Source: Callorhinchus milii
Taxonomy: Eukaryota
Direction: 5' to 3'
Length of the DNA stretch: 64,000 bases
Assembly: GCF_018977255.1 (NCBI RefSeq)
Contig: NW_024704743.1
Span: 10,232,001 to 10,296,000 of the forward strand
Shown here in pieces: positions 24,700-37,870 of the stretch. The position numbers and the translations under genes were made by a program. Below the pieces are notes generated by a model. It worked only from the letters and a program-made list of their open reading frames with translations, was not told where the DNA came from and did no database searches. Each line of letters starts with the position of its first letter. Position 1 is the first letter of the stretch.

Positions 24700-24950
24700 T
24701 TAATAATAATCTTTGCATTTGATATAGCACCTTATCACATTGTTGAGGCATCTCTAAGTGCTTCACAGGATTTTATTGTGACTGGATTTGTAAATAGACA
24801 GAGCAGCTAGTTTGCACAAAGCAATGTTCCACAAACAGCTATGAAGAGAATGACTGATTTAATCTGGGGGATTGTTGGTCAGGACACTGGGAGAAACTCA
24901 TTTCTCTTTTGAGCAGCACGCATGCTTTTTAATGTCCACCTAAACAGGCA
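24700..24950 (-). mobile_element. SINE-B 3' fragment
   Basis: ttgcatttgatatagcacc tail; ggtcaggacactgggagaaact and aatgtccacctaaacaggca body. Confidence 0.75.
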
Positions 24951-25178
24951 AACGACAATGCAGTCCACCCCATGAGCCAGACTGGCTGAGCTATCATCAG
25001 CATTGCCCTGGATGACTATAGACTCAACTGTTTTAGGGACTGGATTACCGAGACTGCTCCAGAGGCTTGGCTGGATTCTAAATTCTGTTGCCAAACATGT
25101 CACTTTGGAGCTAGTTCTGCTCACACTTACCCTCCCCGCCTCTCCAAGGAGAATAGTCATGAATTATTAATTAGACAT

Positions 25179-25512
25179 AATAATAATAATAATAATAATA
25201 ATAATCCTTGCATTTGATATAGCGCTTTTCACGTCGGGAGGACGTCCCAAAGCGCTTCACAGAATATGCTGTAAAGTGAGTTGACTGTATATTTGTGGGC
25301 GAACGCGGCAGCCAATTGCGCACAGCAATGTCCCACAAACAGTCATAGATTGAAAATGACCAATTTATTATTGTTTTTGTTTTTTGGAGGGATTATTATT
25401 AGGCTCTGTGTGGAGTAAGGAAACTTGCCCAAGGTTTCGCCCTCTGCCTGGAATTGAACTCAGGTCTCTCGCTTGCAAAGCGAGTGCTCTAACCACTGAG
25501 CTACAGGACTCC
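25179..25512 (-). mobile_element. SINE-A short form, young full-length copy
   Basis: Minus-strand head ggagtcctgtagctcagtggttagagcactcgctttgcaagcgag (tRNA-Ala-like, A and B boxes); TSD GACAT at 25174-25178 and 25513-25517. Confidence 0.95.
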
Positions 25513-27519
25513 GACATCTGACAAACGTGGGTTTTAACCCTCATTAGTTGGATGGCAGATACCAGAACTCCATGAGAACTTCCTGGTAGTCAACTCATGG
25601 CAGCTCTTTACCTTTTTAATCCCATTTCTTGTTTTCTCCAAGCACTGGAATGCTTCTACTTTCCAAATACCTGTCTATCTCTCTTTCAAATTGAACCTAC
25701 AGGCCTTCGCCCAGAAACTTTGTGGAGCTCAGGAGCTAAATTATTTAGAATTGTTTGAGAAATTTAATTAGCAGAATGTCTTAAAGCCGAGGCATGACAA
25801 AGAAAGTTTCAAACCTGGAGTAAGTGCACGCCAGCCACATCGGTAAATTTGCCACAAGACTGTTCTGGCAGCTCATATCTGACTGCGGTTGATGGTTGTC
25901 ATAGGAACTAAAGCTACATGCAGTATTAGAGACCTCGATATGTATGAAGAGATATTCTGATTGCAGACCTCTAGGTTTAAGAGTATAATTGGGCTGGAAC
26001 TCACAACTTGTGGAACTTTGTTTATCAGCCTGGCTCAGTTGGCAACACTCCTGGGGTAATAGATTGTGGTTTCAAGCTCCGCATCAGGACATTAACTTCC
26101 AGGGCAGGATCAGGGTAGGAGGAACACTTCATTGATGGAGCTGCTGGCAAAGGTAATCAATGACTGTAATAAGCTATCAGGAAAGGTGGTAGAGGTCAGG
26201 CCACTGGACTCATTTAATGCGGTGATGGGGGAACAGGAAGGATGAGATTGGATGGGCTGAAGGACCTTCTTTATCCAAACCAATCTTATGATTTGAAAGA
26301 GTCTAGTTCAGTGAATGTCAAAGATACCATGATACCACTCAAAAAGAATGTGTTTCAATTTTCCAAAATAATTGGGATGACACGTTATTCTATGTGAAAT
26401 GATTTATGTATGCATGTAATTTGTTGATGGTAGCGTTGGAAAGGAACAGAAAAGGAAAGTTCAGAGGAGAAAAGACAGCATTAAGAAAATAGAGAGAGGT
26501 TAGAGCCTCCTCCTTGCCACCTTCAGATCATATCTTAAGACCTTCATTTTCAACCATACCTACAATCACCTCCTATCTCTCCTTGGCGCAGTGTCAAGCT
26601 CCACCATTGTAAAGAACATCAAGACACTACCTGTATGAAGGTGCCATACAATTGCAAATTGTTGTTCTAGAGATGAGAGAAGAATCACCTATCAAATATA
26701 AATCGAAATGTTCCAGAGGTGCTAGGAAACAAATATCTTAAATTGAAACCAATATTTGAATAAATAATAATTTGGGGGAGAAAAGGAAAGGGAGTGGGAA
26801 TAGAAAACTCCTACAGCCAACCAACGTGGATGCAATAGACTGAATGATCTCCTTCTGTGCTAAAGCATTCCATGTATATAGAAATATTGGATGGGCTTGA
26901 GGTTTGTAGAGATTTTAAGTGCTGCTGAAAGAAGGATAAGTATTTGGCTCAAAAAATGTAAATCAAGATTTTCAGTGTCAGCTTTAGCAGTGAAGCAGAT
27001 GTGAGTGTTCTATGTGAGAGAAGACAGTGGGGTCCAAATTCTGACAATAAAGAAGGATTTTGAGTGGAAAAGCGTCCCACTAGTCAGTCACTCCCTCCAC
27101 TTAGTGCCAGTGTTGTTTTATCACTATCACTGTGATAATTTACATCAGTGACAGTCAGTAAATGCTAAGTGTGATCTTCAGTGTACCCCTCAAGCAGGGT
27201 AGCATCCCAGTCACAGGAATATGAAGGATAGAAGGTTGTCGTGTATGGGGTTTGAATGAGCAACTTTTTCGGAGAGATGATGCCGAATAGTCTCTTTCTG
27301 GGTGGCACCATCAGCCACGATATCTGACACTCTGGAACTCATTTTCTCAATGCTTCTGCCTACAGTCACCTACCTCTTCCCGGATTGTCATCAAACATTG
27401 TTAAGTACTCTGAGGTGCTATGCCAGATGAAGGATGCTATATAGATACATTGATGCTGTAACTTTCTATGACTTTATGATTCTATGATTCTAAGAATAAG
27501 AGACCAAACAACAGAGAAA

Positions 27520-27662
27520 GTCTGTGGCAGAGAGATAAAATTACAGAGTCAGAGAAAAAAAATGGGTCAGAGACAGAGACGGCGAGAAAGAGAGTCAGAG
27601 ACAAACCGAGTGAGAGAAACAATGTGAGAGAAAGAGTCAGAGAGAGAAAGGTAGAGAGAAAA
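27520..27662. repeat. GA-rich low-complexity tract
   Basis: Degenerate (GA)n and agagtcagag repeats. Confidence 0.7.
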
Positions 27663-27857
27663 GCCTGGGACAGTGTGGCACTGTGGCAACAGTATAACTC
27701 TTGATAGAAAGTTTCATTAAGCACTGTAGTCAAATGGTATTTTGTGTCATGACTAATTGGAGTAGGAGTAACATTGCAAAATACAAGGATTATTGTCACA
27801 CTGAAAGTTCATGTTATTTCGCAATTCTGTAAAAAAAAGTAGTTAAACAATGTAAAT

Positions 27858-27993
27858 TGAATTTGATATAGCGCCTTATCACATTGTTGAGACGTCTTGA
27901 AGCGCTTCACAGAATATATTGTAAATTGGATTGAATGTGTATTTTGTGGGCGAAACACGGCAGTCAATTTCGCATAGCAGTGTCCCACAAACA
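27858..27993 (-). mobile_element. SINE-A 3' fragment
   Basis: tttgatatagcgccttatcac through gtcccacaaacag. Confidence 0.8.
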
Positions 27994-28192
27994 GGGACAC
28001 TGCTATGCGCAATTCTTTGCGTGCTGCTAATCTTTTTCTCACTCGGTTTGTAAACTGAATTGTTAATAATCTTCTTCCAACATCTTTTGCATGTCTAGTT
28101 CTTATATAATAACACTTTGTGACCTGAGTAGCCTTTTTTCTCCCTACCTGCTTCTGATTCTGATATAAAACTGCAGTACAACTTACAAACAA

Positions 28193-28372
28193 AATAATAA
28201 TTTGGTCACTGAATCCACGACTGTTTGTGTGACATTGCTATTTGCAACTGCCTGCTATGCTTCGCCCACAAAATACACATTCAATCCACTTTACAATATA
28301 TTCTGTGAAGCACTTCGAGACATCTCAACAACGTGATAAGGCGCTATATCAAATGCAAGGATTATTATTATT
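28193..28372 (+). mobile_element. SINE-A 3' fragment
   Basis: aatccacgactgtttgtg through ggcgctatatcaaatgcaaggattatt. Confidence 0.8.
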
Positions 28373-29889
28373 ACATTGTACACATTACAAGGGGACTGGT
28401 AAGGGTTAAATCTTATGGTAATGAAAATGTCTCTCTTTTTATAAAAAATAAATTAAATAGTTATCCTGGCAAATATGAAACGTCATTTAAAAGGCATTTA
28501 TTATTAAGTGCAAACTTAACATTCTTAAACAATTACAACTGATGAGCTGCGTGGACTCCGACCTTTCAGTTGCTTATAAAGTTGTCATGGACTTTGTTTA
28601 GATTGGAACAGGAGAACACTGTCCTCTTCCTCTAAGGACCTGCAAACAAAAGACTAGCAGGCTGGGAGGAGACAGATTAGACTCAGCAGGTTGTCTTTAA
28701 CTATTAAATAATCAAACAAGGAATGGCATGTCTCTGCCAACAGTAAGGCTTACACATGCTGCGAGGGTCTTTGCCTGGACAAACTAAGGCCCTGTAAAGC
28801 ACTGAATGCAACAAAAAAACATCACTATAGGATTGCAAGAACATTCATTCTCTCATGAAACACTGCCCAGTCTGGGGACTGGGAGTGGAAAGGGGGAGTG
28901 TAGAAACTGTCAAGGAAATAGTTGAGTGACCAGGCACTGAGCCAGAAAACTGTCTCACCAGTCTCTCAAACTGAATGCAGAGCGCTCTGCATGGGAAAGT
29001 GTGCAGCAGAGCAGCCGTACGCTGCTTGCCTGCCTTGGAGAGCAAGCTTCCACCGTGGAGGAGGCTTCTATTGTTATTGCTTCACATTTCATAAATGTGG
29101 CACCATTTGGTTATCAACACATTGTGTCAGTGGGGGAGTTAAGAACAATGGACTCATTATTAAATGCAAGCTGCAGAATGCTGAGCAACATTTATGGGGC
29201 TCATTAATTATCTGTTGTTTTTTAACCAATGTAACTGCATTTTTTAAAATGTTGATTTATGGCATTTCCTGCTGGCAACAGACACTTACATTACCTTGCT
29301 GCTATTGTATTTAAATGCAGAAGCTCCTCTACTTTTCTTAACAACTACTGAGAAGCTCTGCATTTTGTCATTCGCAATTTATGATCTTAATTTTCAAACA
29401 TCATGGCCTGATCAGTCTCGATCATTTTGAAATGTACATATTAGGTCTTCCAAGACCTAGCCAACACTGTTAGATGCTTGAGGTCACTGGGTGTTCATTT
29501 CATTCCATGCCTGGTGCATTTCCCTGACACTTTATTGCTATTACAATTAGAATCTGAGTGCTGAATTTTGCTTGGTCTCTGCTTTCTTTTGTCCTGTATT
29601 GAAACTTAGTTGAAATACAGTAGCTTTCTGCAATTAAAGACTCAGTCGGCATATAGCTCAAACAATTTCCTATGCAAATGGAAACATTAAATTATTAAGG
29701 AACCCTGTGAAGTTGCCAACATTTTCATAGGGCATAAAGAGTATGGAGTGAATGTAAACACACACACATACTCTCAAACCCCCTAAATGCTATAACATTT
29801 TCATAGGTAGAAATAATATTGTAGGTTGGAATATAGAAGATGGATTATTCAATCTTAGAAAGAATGTTACAGTAACCAAAACTGGCCCA

Positions 29890-30198
29890 AGATACCATGG
29901 CACTATTTGTAAAGAGAAGGGAGTTTTTCCAGATGTCCTGATTAACAATCTCCCAGATAAAATTGGTCATTCACTTCCGGGCTGTTTGTGGGCATTGGGG
30001 TTGGGGCGTGCAAATTGGCTGTTGGTTTTCATCTACAAAATACAGTCACTACACATCACAGTAAATCCTATGAAGGTTTGTGCAGCACTCCAAGACACTA
30101 TCCTGTGTCAAGGGCACTATATAAATGCAAGTTTTTGTTGATTTGAGATGTTTTGATGACATGATAAAATGCTATATCAAATGCTTAGATTATTATTA
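29890..30198 (+). mobile_element. SINE-B fragment with a short L2-type tail inserted at about 30076-30140
   Basis: ccatggcactattt, ctgtttgtgggcatt body; insert ends gcactatataaatgcaagtttttgttg. Confidence 0.7.
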
Positions 30199-30554
30199 AG
30201 CCTGCACCAATAGTCCACTTGAGCCTCCAAATCTAATCGCAATCTCCTTCTCACTCTCAATTCTTTACTGTAACCTTTTCAAGGAAATAACTGCAGTGCA
30301 GGGTGATTCCCATCTTACATTGTTTGTACATGATGAGTGACTAGTCAACTAACACATTTGTTTAATCAAAGTGAGCAACAAGTCAACTAACATCCCTAGG
30401 TCTCGTTCAGCTTCCATCTTTGCAAGTTCTGCTCAATCCATGGACTATATATGTGCTTCCTATTTTTGCTTCCCATGCACAATATCTTCCTTGTTTTATT
30501 CTGTATTGAAACCAAGAGCCATTGAGTTTATTCATCAGTGTAATAAACACCATC

Positions 30555-30810
30555 AATATTCTGTGGGGCATTTGAAGGTAAGGAAGAGCATCTTAACTTT
30601 GATCTGCTAGGGGATGGGGAATCAGTGGACCCAGGCAAAAATGGAGAAGATGGACTCACTGAACCTACTGAGAGTGAAGATGTGAGCTGCAAAGTTCTGG
30701 ATGGTTTGGAGCTTGTGTAGCTGGTGAGGCCAACAAGCAGGATATAACAATGGTTGAGTGTAGAAGTGACAAAGGTATGGATGAGGTTTTCGGCTCTGTT
30801 GACTTAATGG
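30555..30810 (-). mobile_element. Decayed L2 ORF2 fragment
   Basis: LHKLQTIQNFAAHI remnant. Confidence 0.7.
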
Positions 30811-30819
30811 CAGAGGCAG

Positions 30820-31110
30820 TGATAATAGCAAAACTTGCAATTGATATAGAGCCTTATCATCTGAATCAAGACTCTCAAGGTGCTTCACAAGATTTTACTG
30901 TGAAGTTTAATGACTGTATTTGTAGATGAATGAGGTAATTAATTTGATGACAGCAGTTCTACGAATAGCCATGAAGTGAATGACCAATTTTATTTGGTAG
31001 ATTGTTGACCAGGACACCAGGGGAAACTTCTTTCTCCTTTCAAGTAGTCCAATGGGATCTTTAACATGCATAAGGGACCTTGATTGAATATCTCAAGTAA
31101 AGGATGCATT
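30820..31110 (-). mobile_element. SINE-B 3' fragment
   Basis: atgaagtgaatgaccaatttt, ccaggacacc and atgggatctttaac motifs. Confidence 0.7.
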
Positions 31111-31814
31111 GAAGCATGTGTTTGGGGGCCTCCAAATGTAAAGTGTATTGTATTTTCTCAATCCAGATTATGAATTCAAAATTCTGAGATGACACTACAA
31201 CCTTCTTAATCATCAACAATCCTCAGGAGCCTCCTTTGATAACAGTCTGACTTTTCGGACGTTGAAGCTGAGATCAACGTTTGAGCAGAGTCCTCGAGAG
31301 CATCTGGATATCTGCAAGAATTGCTATTTCCTAATTGCTGTGTGAATATCGCAGATTAAACCCTAGCATTGCTGTATGGTGTAATATTACACAGGAAACA
31401 GATTTCTCAGCCTTTCCTATGACTGCTCTGAAGCCGAGAGGACTGAAATTCCTTGGCTCTTTAAATACGGGTGTAAAGTCTCATGTAACAAAGGGATGTA
31501 AGTCCCCGGCATTCCTGAAGAATGGTTAGTTGTGAGAAGTCTGATTTCTCTAGTGATCCTCCAGCATTGTTTCTCAACCTTTCACAATGTACACTGAACA
31601 TTTCCAAACCCCAAATCTGAAAATGGATCAGTTTAATATAAACATTACGGTGCTATGTTCTGCTAGGGGACCCAAGGCCAGATTATATTATGTTTCAGAG
31701 AGCATAATCCCTCTGGAAAGATGAGGACCTATTTTTGCAGTAAAAATTAACAGGTATGGCACTTGCAGGTTATTCTTTAACTAGGTTTTTTGCTATTTCT
31801 GATTTTAATGTATT

Positions 31815-32030
31815 TTGCTCCCAGTCTCTGGAACTCTATCCCAGAGTCCATCCAACTCAAGCACTCCCTCACCTTGTTCAAAGTCTGTCTCAAGATCTGC
31901 CTCTTTGATTGTATTTTCAGTCATCTCTCCCTTAGCTCTCACCCCCAGCTCAGGTGCCAAGCCAATATTGTTAAGCACCTTGGGACATCCTCCCAGGATG
32001 AAAGGTAGTATATCAATGTCAATTTCTTTT
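31815..32030 (+). mobile_element. L2 3' end fragment
   Basis: APSLWNSIP and FKVCLKICLF remnants; ttgggacatcctccc tail. Confidence 0.75.
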
Positions 32031-32139
32031 GTATATATATTTGGGTGTTTTCATAATAAAATTACATGTGATGTACTGTACTTCATACACACTGCATCTA
32101 AAATTTTATGTCCTATTAAGTTGTGAAAGACAATTCCAA

Positions 32140-32335
32140 AACAATCTCCCAAATAAAATTGGTCACTCACTCTGTGGCTGTCTTCGGGAAATTGCTGTGC
32201 ATAAATTGGGTGCTGTGTTCTCCCTGAAATACAGTCGTTACATAGTTTGCAGTATATTCCATGAAGCGCTTTGATACAGTCTCCCAACATGAAAGGTGCT
32301 ATATCAAATCTAAGGATTATTATTTTTTATTATTA
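32140..32335 (+). mobile_element. SINE-B 3' fragment
   Basis: aaataaaattggtcactcac body and gtgctatatcaaat tail. Confidence 0.7.
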
Positions 32336-32679
32336 TGCGTTTGCATGTGGTTAGCACAATGTTTAAATTAAACTCCACTGATACAGTCTGTTGTTATTTT
32401 CCCTAGCAACTATCCACCAGTGTTTTTCCCTGCAAGGTTTCTTTCAGAGTAATTGGCACACACATCTGTGATGGTATTTCTGGAGTTACATTCCAGCAGT
32501 ACATTAATAGAGTGGAATCTACTCCTGTTACAGCGAATGGGCATATTCAGCACTAGTGCAGGGATGGACACATAGGTGGTCAGTGTGTATTCAAAGATAT
32601 TTGGGAGGTTTGAATGCTTCACCTTTACAGCAGCAATGACATTGGGAAGCTAATACAGTAACAGGCTTTGAACGTCCCT

Positions 32680-33048
32680 ATAATAATAATAATAACTAAT
32701 CCTTGCATTTGGTATAGCGCCTTTCACATCAGGAGGATGTCTCAAAGCATTTCACTCCACCTCAAAGCATGAGGTGAAGTGACTGTGTATTTTGTAGGCA
32801 AAATGTAGCGGCTCAATTATGCACAGCAGTGTCCTACAAACACCTATGACCAATGAAACAAATGACCAATTTTATCTTGAGGGACTGTTGGCCAGGACAC
32901 AAGGAGAAACTCCCTTCAATTTCTGAATAGTACATTGGTTTCTTTAATGCTCAAATAACAGGCAGATGGAACCTTGGTTTAACATCTCATGTAAAGGACT
33001 CCACCTCTGACAATACAACACATACCAGCACTGCAAAGGAGTGTTGGT
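32680..33048 (-). mobile_element. SINE-B lacking its head
   Basis: (AAT)n tail, ggccaggacacaaggagaaactccc, cctctgacaat. Confidence 0.75.
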
Positions 33049-33939
33049 TTAACATTGATGTTCAGAGTTTCTTCAGAGAGTAGCACTGCCGCACCTAAGT
33101 TAGAAGGTTTAGGATTGAAGCCCCACATCAGAACTGGTTCCTAAACCAGATGAGTCTGCAGTACTTCAAGGCGCTGCTTGTGGGGGAAGAGGGGGAAGGG
33201 ACAGAGGGGTGGAGGGAGTCCCAAGCCTTCTCAACTCTAGGGTCCCAAGCCTTGTAAACCTGTGCCAAAATATTCTCTGGAATTAGGTAAGCAGGGAGGG
33301 AGTGCACATTCCATTTCAGATACAAGGATTTTCTATGTGTATGTTGTATACACATGTGGAACTCTCAGTCAGGTTTGGTCACTCATAAGCTTGGTGATGG
33401 TTTTCCGAATGTAAGATTTTATTATTCTCTTTATGAAATCTCAGTTTGGTAAAGTCTGGTATTTAATAAACTGAATGCAAACACAGTAAAGAAGCTTCTA
33501 AAGTATAACTGGTTAAAAGTTCTTGTGCTGCAAAAGTTAGAGTGAAACAGTTCCCAGGCAATAAATGTACAGTCTCTGTAAAGAGAAGTGGAATCACTGT
33601 TTCAGTAATACAACAAAATTCCCCTTGTGCCAGATCTAGGAAACCAAAGTATCTTGTCTACTCAGAATGTGCTAATGCCACAAATAGGAAGCTAAGCTTG
33701 CTTCCTCTCAGGACCCTCTGGAGAGTTGCTCTCGTGTCAGGTAACATTTACACAGCCAGTAATCTCCCAGCCATAGCGCTTCCTTTCCCCAAATCTTGAA
33801 TCTCCAGAAATAAATGCAAAGTTTTTCTCACAGTTGCTTTCCTCACTTTACATATACAATACTTTTCCACCCTGTTGCAGCTACCATTGCCAACTTGTAA
33901 ATTATTAAAGTTATCATAATTAATACTAACAATTCTTCC

Positions 33940-34192
33940 ATTTTGATGCAACCCATTTCACATCGGGAGGATGTCTCAAAGCACTTTGCAGGATTTACTG
34001 TATAGTGGAGTATCTGTATATTTTGTAGGCAAACACGGCAGTAGATTTGTGTGCAGCAATGTCCTACAAACAGCCATTTCATGTTTATCTGGGGCGTTGT
34101 TGGCCAGGACCCTGGAAAGCCTCCCATCTCTTCTCAATCTTTATCAGGTTGTTTAATGTCCATCTAAACAGACAGATGTGATCACGGTTCAA
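33940..34192 (-). mobile_element. SINE-B 3' fragment
   Basis: gggaggatgtctcaaagcac tail and gcaatgtcctacaaacagcc body. Confidence 0.7.
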
Positions 34193-34290
34193 CACTTTTA
34201 AATCACAGGCACACAACATCGAAAATTTGCAATAAAATAGCAGAAGTTTCACCTTCCCGCTCTTTCCAGTGGCCAGACTGAAAATGAATC

Positions 34291-34658
34291 AATTATAATT
34301 CTTGCATTTGATATAGCACCTTATCATGTCTTCCAGACGTCTCAAAGCTCTTCACAGAATATACTATAAAGTGAATTGATTGTATATTTTGTGGGTGAAA
34401 CGCGGCAGCCATGTATCCCACACCAGTATCCCACAAACAGTCATGGCGTTAAGTGACCAATTTATTATTTTTTTGAATAAATTATTACTTCTGGAAAAGG
34501 GATCCGCCAATCAACCAACAATCAGGTTCCTACTTACAGCTAGGTAAACAGAGGCATGTGGAGTAGGGAAATTTGCACAACATTTCGCCCTGCTAGGAAT
34601 CAAATCCAGGTCTCTCGATTGTGAGGTGAGCGCTCTAACCACTGAGCTACAGGACTCC
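34291..34658 (-). mobile_element. SINE-A long form, full length
   Basis: Tail, caggttcctacttacagctaggtaaacagagg middle, head ending actgagctacaggactcc. Confidence 0.9.
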
Positions 34659-34870
34659 AATTCAAGCCCTTGTGGCATGTGTATCCATTTTTAGAATAAG
34701 AATAATTATGGTTGCATTTGATACAAATTTGTGTGCTAATAATCCTTGCATTCACCTAGAAAGTAAATAGCCACTGCATTTTACAGGAACATCCTGTTAA
34801 AGCACTGTGAAACACCTTCCCGAAGTGTATAAGCTGGTACGTCAATAGTAAGAATAAAGCTGCTACACAG

Positions 34871-35177
34871 ATAATAATAACAATCCTTGTATTTGATATA
34901 GCGTCTTGTCATGTCATTGAAACATCTCAAAGCGCTTCACAGAATATATTGTAAAGTGAATTGACTGTATATTTTGTGGACAAAACGTGGCAGCCAGTGT
35001 CCCACAAACAGTTGTGGATTCAGTGACCAAATTATTATTATAAGGATTATTATCCCTGGAAAACGATCTGCCAATTTACTAACAACCAGGTTCCTACTTA
35101 CTGCTAGGTAAACAGAGGCGTGTGGAGTAAGGAAACTTGCCTATGGTTTCACCCTGCCCGGGAATTGAACCAAAGTC
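34871..35177 (-). mobile_element. SINE-A long form, head truncated
   Basis: Same middle and tail as 34291-34658. Confidence 0.85.
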
Positions 35178-35988
35178 ATTCTTATTGGAAACAGTCCAGC
35201 TTTTCCAGGATTCCTGTCTTAAACCTCCAAAAGCATTAAGTTCCCCCTCCCCCTCTTTCTCCTTCTCCTCTCCCCCTCCCTCTACTCCCCAGAGGCCAAT
35301 GGGACCAAACAGGCCTTTAACCTTGTGTAATGAAAATGATGTGTTGACTGAGGTAATGACAGGAAAAGGTTGTCTATGAAATCTCTGCGTCAAAGTTTGA
35401 GAATCACAGAGGCAGCCCATTAACTGGCAGTAATTATGACAAATTACCCGCAGCTCAACTATGCCTCCCTCAAGCAAGCTATTGACAAGGTGCTCAGTAT
35501 GGGGATATCCAGTGAAGGGGTCAGGCTCATTGCAAAAGAGTGACGATCATTAACACAGGCTGAAACGCATGGGTTTTTAAAAGAGACTGAGCGTTTCTCA
35601 CACAAATGACTGTGTAGTGAATTTGACTTTATGTGATACAGCAGCGAGGTTTCATATGTACATTTTGTAAAAGAAATTGTATGCAGAAGGGAGCATATGG
35701 TTTGAAAGAACATAGTGCTCCAGTCCGATTTAGTGATCCCCTGACAACAAATTTTGCTTGGGCTCATGATGACCCAAACTTGCTGTGACCCTCCCCCTGG
35801 GTTTGCATTAAGGCTGGACCCAGTCAGCTCATGTCCCGGGAAGTATTGAAGTAAAATACCAGGAAAAATATAATTAAACCTTCAGATGTCCACCCAAGTA
35901 CAAACAAGGAAAAGTGTGATGTGATGATTATCACTGGTATGTTGGCGTAGTGAAGCTTGAACGTGATGAATGCACGAATAACAATGCA

Positions 35989-36380
35989 TCAGCCTGGCTC
36001 AGTTGGTAACACTCACATCTGAATCAGAAGGTTGTGCGTAAAATGAAGCCCTACATCTGGACATAATCTACGATAAAACTCCAATGCAGTGCTGGGGGTG
36101 TGTTGCATTGTCAGAGGTGCCACCTTCAGATGAGATGTCCCATCTGCCTTTCAGGTGGATGTTAAAGATCCCATGACACTATTTAAAAAGAGAAGGGAAT
36201 TTCTCCTGGTGTCCTGGCCAACAATCCCCCAAATAAAATTGGCCACTCACTTCAAAGTTGTTTGTGGGACATTGCTGTGCAAACCAAATACAAAATCAAA
36301 TCCACTTTATAGTATATCCTGTAAAGTGCTTTGACGTCGCAATAACGTGACAAGCAGCTGTATCAAATGCTAGCATTTTT
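35989..36380 (+). mobile_element. SINE-B, near full length (tRNA head, Deu-like domain, L2 tail)
   Basis: cagcctggctcagttggtaacactc head; gcattgtcagaggtgcc, ggtggatgttaaagatcccatg, ctggtgtcctggccaac, tgtttgtgggacattgctgtgc. Confidence 0.85.
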
Positions 36381-37509
36381 ACTATGTAGCATTATGAATA
36401 AGTACAACTCAGATTCAGCTAATTTTTCAAAACAAGCATTTTTCAAAACAAAACAAAAAAATCATTATTAACTGTGTTTCACAGTCATAACAGCATGAAC
36501 TTCCACCTATTTTAGCCTGTGACACCATTTATGTCTTAAAACTTAAGATCGCAGAGAATGGTAGAAATTTCTTCAATACTGTCTTCATTTGAAAGCTGGT
36601 TGTTTTTTAAGGAGTGTTGAATCTGGCTTCAAAATTAAGGCTATATTTAAGAAATATTCTTGATTCTATAATGATCTGAAATTTCAAGATAAAATGCCCT
36701 TATTAGCTGACAAAATTACATTTTGGATCTAAAAAGGGTAAATTGATGACGTTTCATAGATGTAGTCACATGAGATCCAGAATGAAACATGGCTAATTTA
36801 CTTCCAAACAGTAACATCAGCTTGCATTTATATTGAACCCCTCACAGAGAGTAGCATCCCAGAGAGCTTAGCAGTAAGAATGTGGGAATGAAATTATCAG
36901 ATATGACATGCAGACAGCACACTTTCCGTAGCATTTCAGTATTCATTCATGCTTCAAGGGCTGCACAAGTTGGCATTTGTTAACTCTCAGCATCCCCCTA
37001 CTTTGGCATGATGATCGGACCCGAAGATTCCAGGCTTTATATTGTCGGTTTTGATCCTGGAAGATAACGTTTCAGTGCGTTCAGGTGGGGCATCAGCCTC
37101 GTCAAGTCTTTCCGTCTTGACTCAAGCCTAATGTTTGCCAAGTCTTTCGGTCATAACTAACCTGATCCCAGGGAACATCCCAGACCATGTGAAAGAGAAT
37201 GAATGAATTATTGTATTTCATATAGTGCCTTGTCAAGTCATCAAGAGATCACAAAACCTTACACTGTAATGTATATTGACTGTGTATGTTGTTTTGTGAG
37301 CGAGAGAGAGAAAGAAAATTCATACAGAATGTTAAGTACGCATTATTGGCTATTGCTTCACATTTAAATCAATTTTGCTCCTATGTAGGCGTAGACAGTG
37401 CCTACGACACAGTGACTTCCCCTTGCAACTAAGTGTTATTCCAGGTTAGTCAGAAGTTAAAGATTCTGCTTGACCCGCTGGTTTCAAGATATTCTCCAAG
37501 CTTCTTTTT

Positions 37510-37870
37510 AACATAGATTGTTACAGCAAGGAAACAGGGCATTCAGCCCAACTATTCCATGCCAGTGTTCATACTTCACATGAACCTCCATCTCTCCTAA
37601 TCGCTTTTTCCATACTCCTCCATTCCCTTCCCCCTCATGTAATGCCCAAACAAACACTTGAGTCCTGGACTGTCAGATTAAAAATCTGATGCTTTACTGA
37701 TTGAAGTATCAAGACTCCTAATAACTCCTTGTGTAATACAAATTCTCCTAACCTTTCCCCTTGTTTTCTTTGGTAACAATCTTAAATTTGTGCGGTCCAG
37801 TGACTGACTACTGACCAGTGCAATTAACTGTTTACCTTATCAAAGCCATTTATCATTTCAAAGACCTTCA
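37510..37870 (-). mobile_element. Decayed CR1 3' fragment
   Basis: catagattgttacagcaaggaaacagggcattcagccc 3' end; LKVFEMINGFDKVN remnant. Confidence 0.75.
37643..37715 (-). pseudogene. tRNA-Lys(UUU) pseudogene, 73 nt
   Basis: Minus strand GTCTTGATACTTCAATCAGTAAAGCATCAGATTTTTAATCTGACAGTCCAGGACTCAAGTGTTTGTTTGGGCA is colinear with vertebrate tRNA-Lys(UUU), about 55/73 matches by hand against a sequence recalled from memory; stems and B-box are damaged. Confidence 0.8.

Noticed and set aside
25440..25512. SINE-A heads as functional tRNA-Ala genes
   Set aside because: No acceptor stem closure; they run directly into SINE body and tail and have TSDs.
25703..25819. Exon-like segment ending at gtaagt
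   Set aside because: All three frames are closed.
36990..37190. CpG-retaining unique stretch as a possible exon
   Set aside because: Frames I translated are short or closed; no matched splice sites or recognisable motif.
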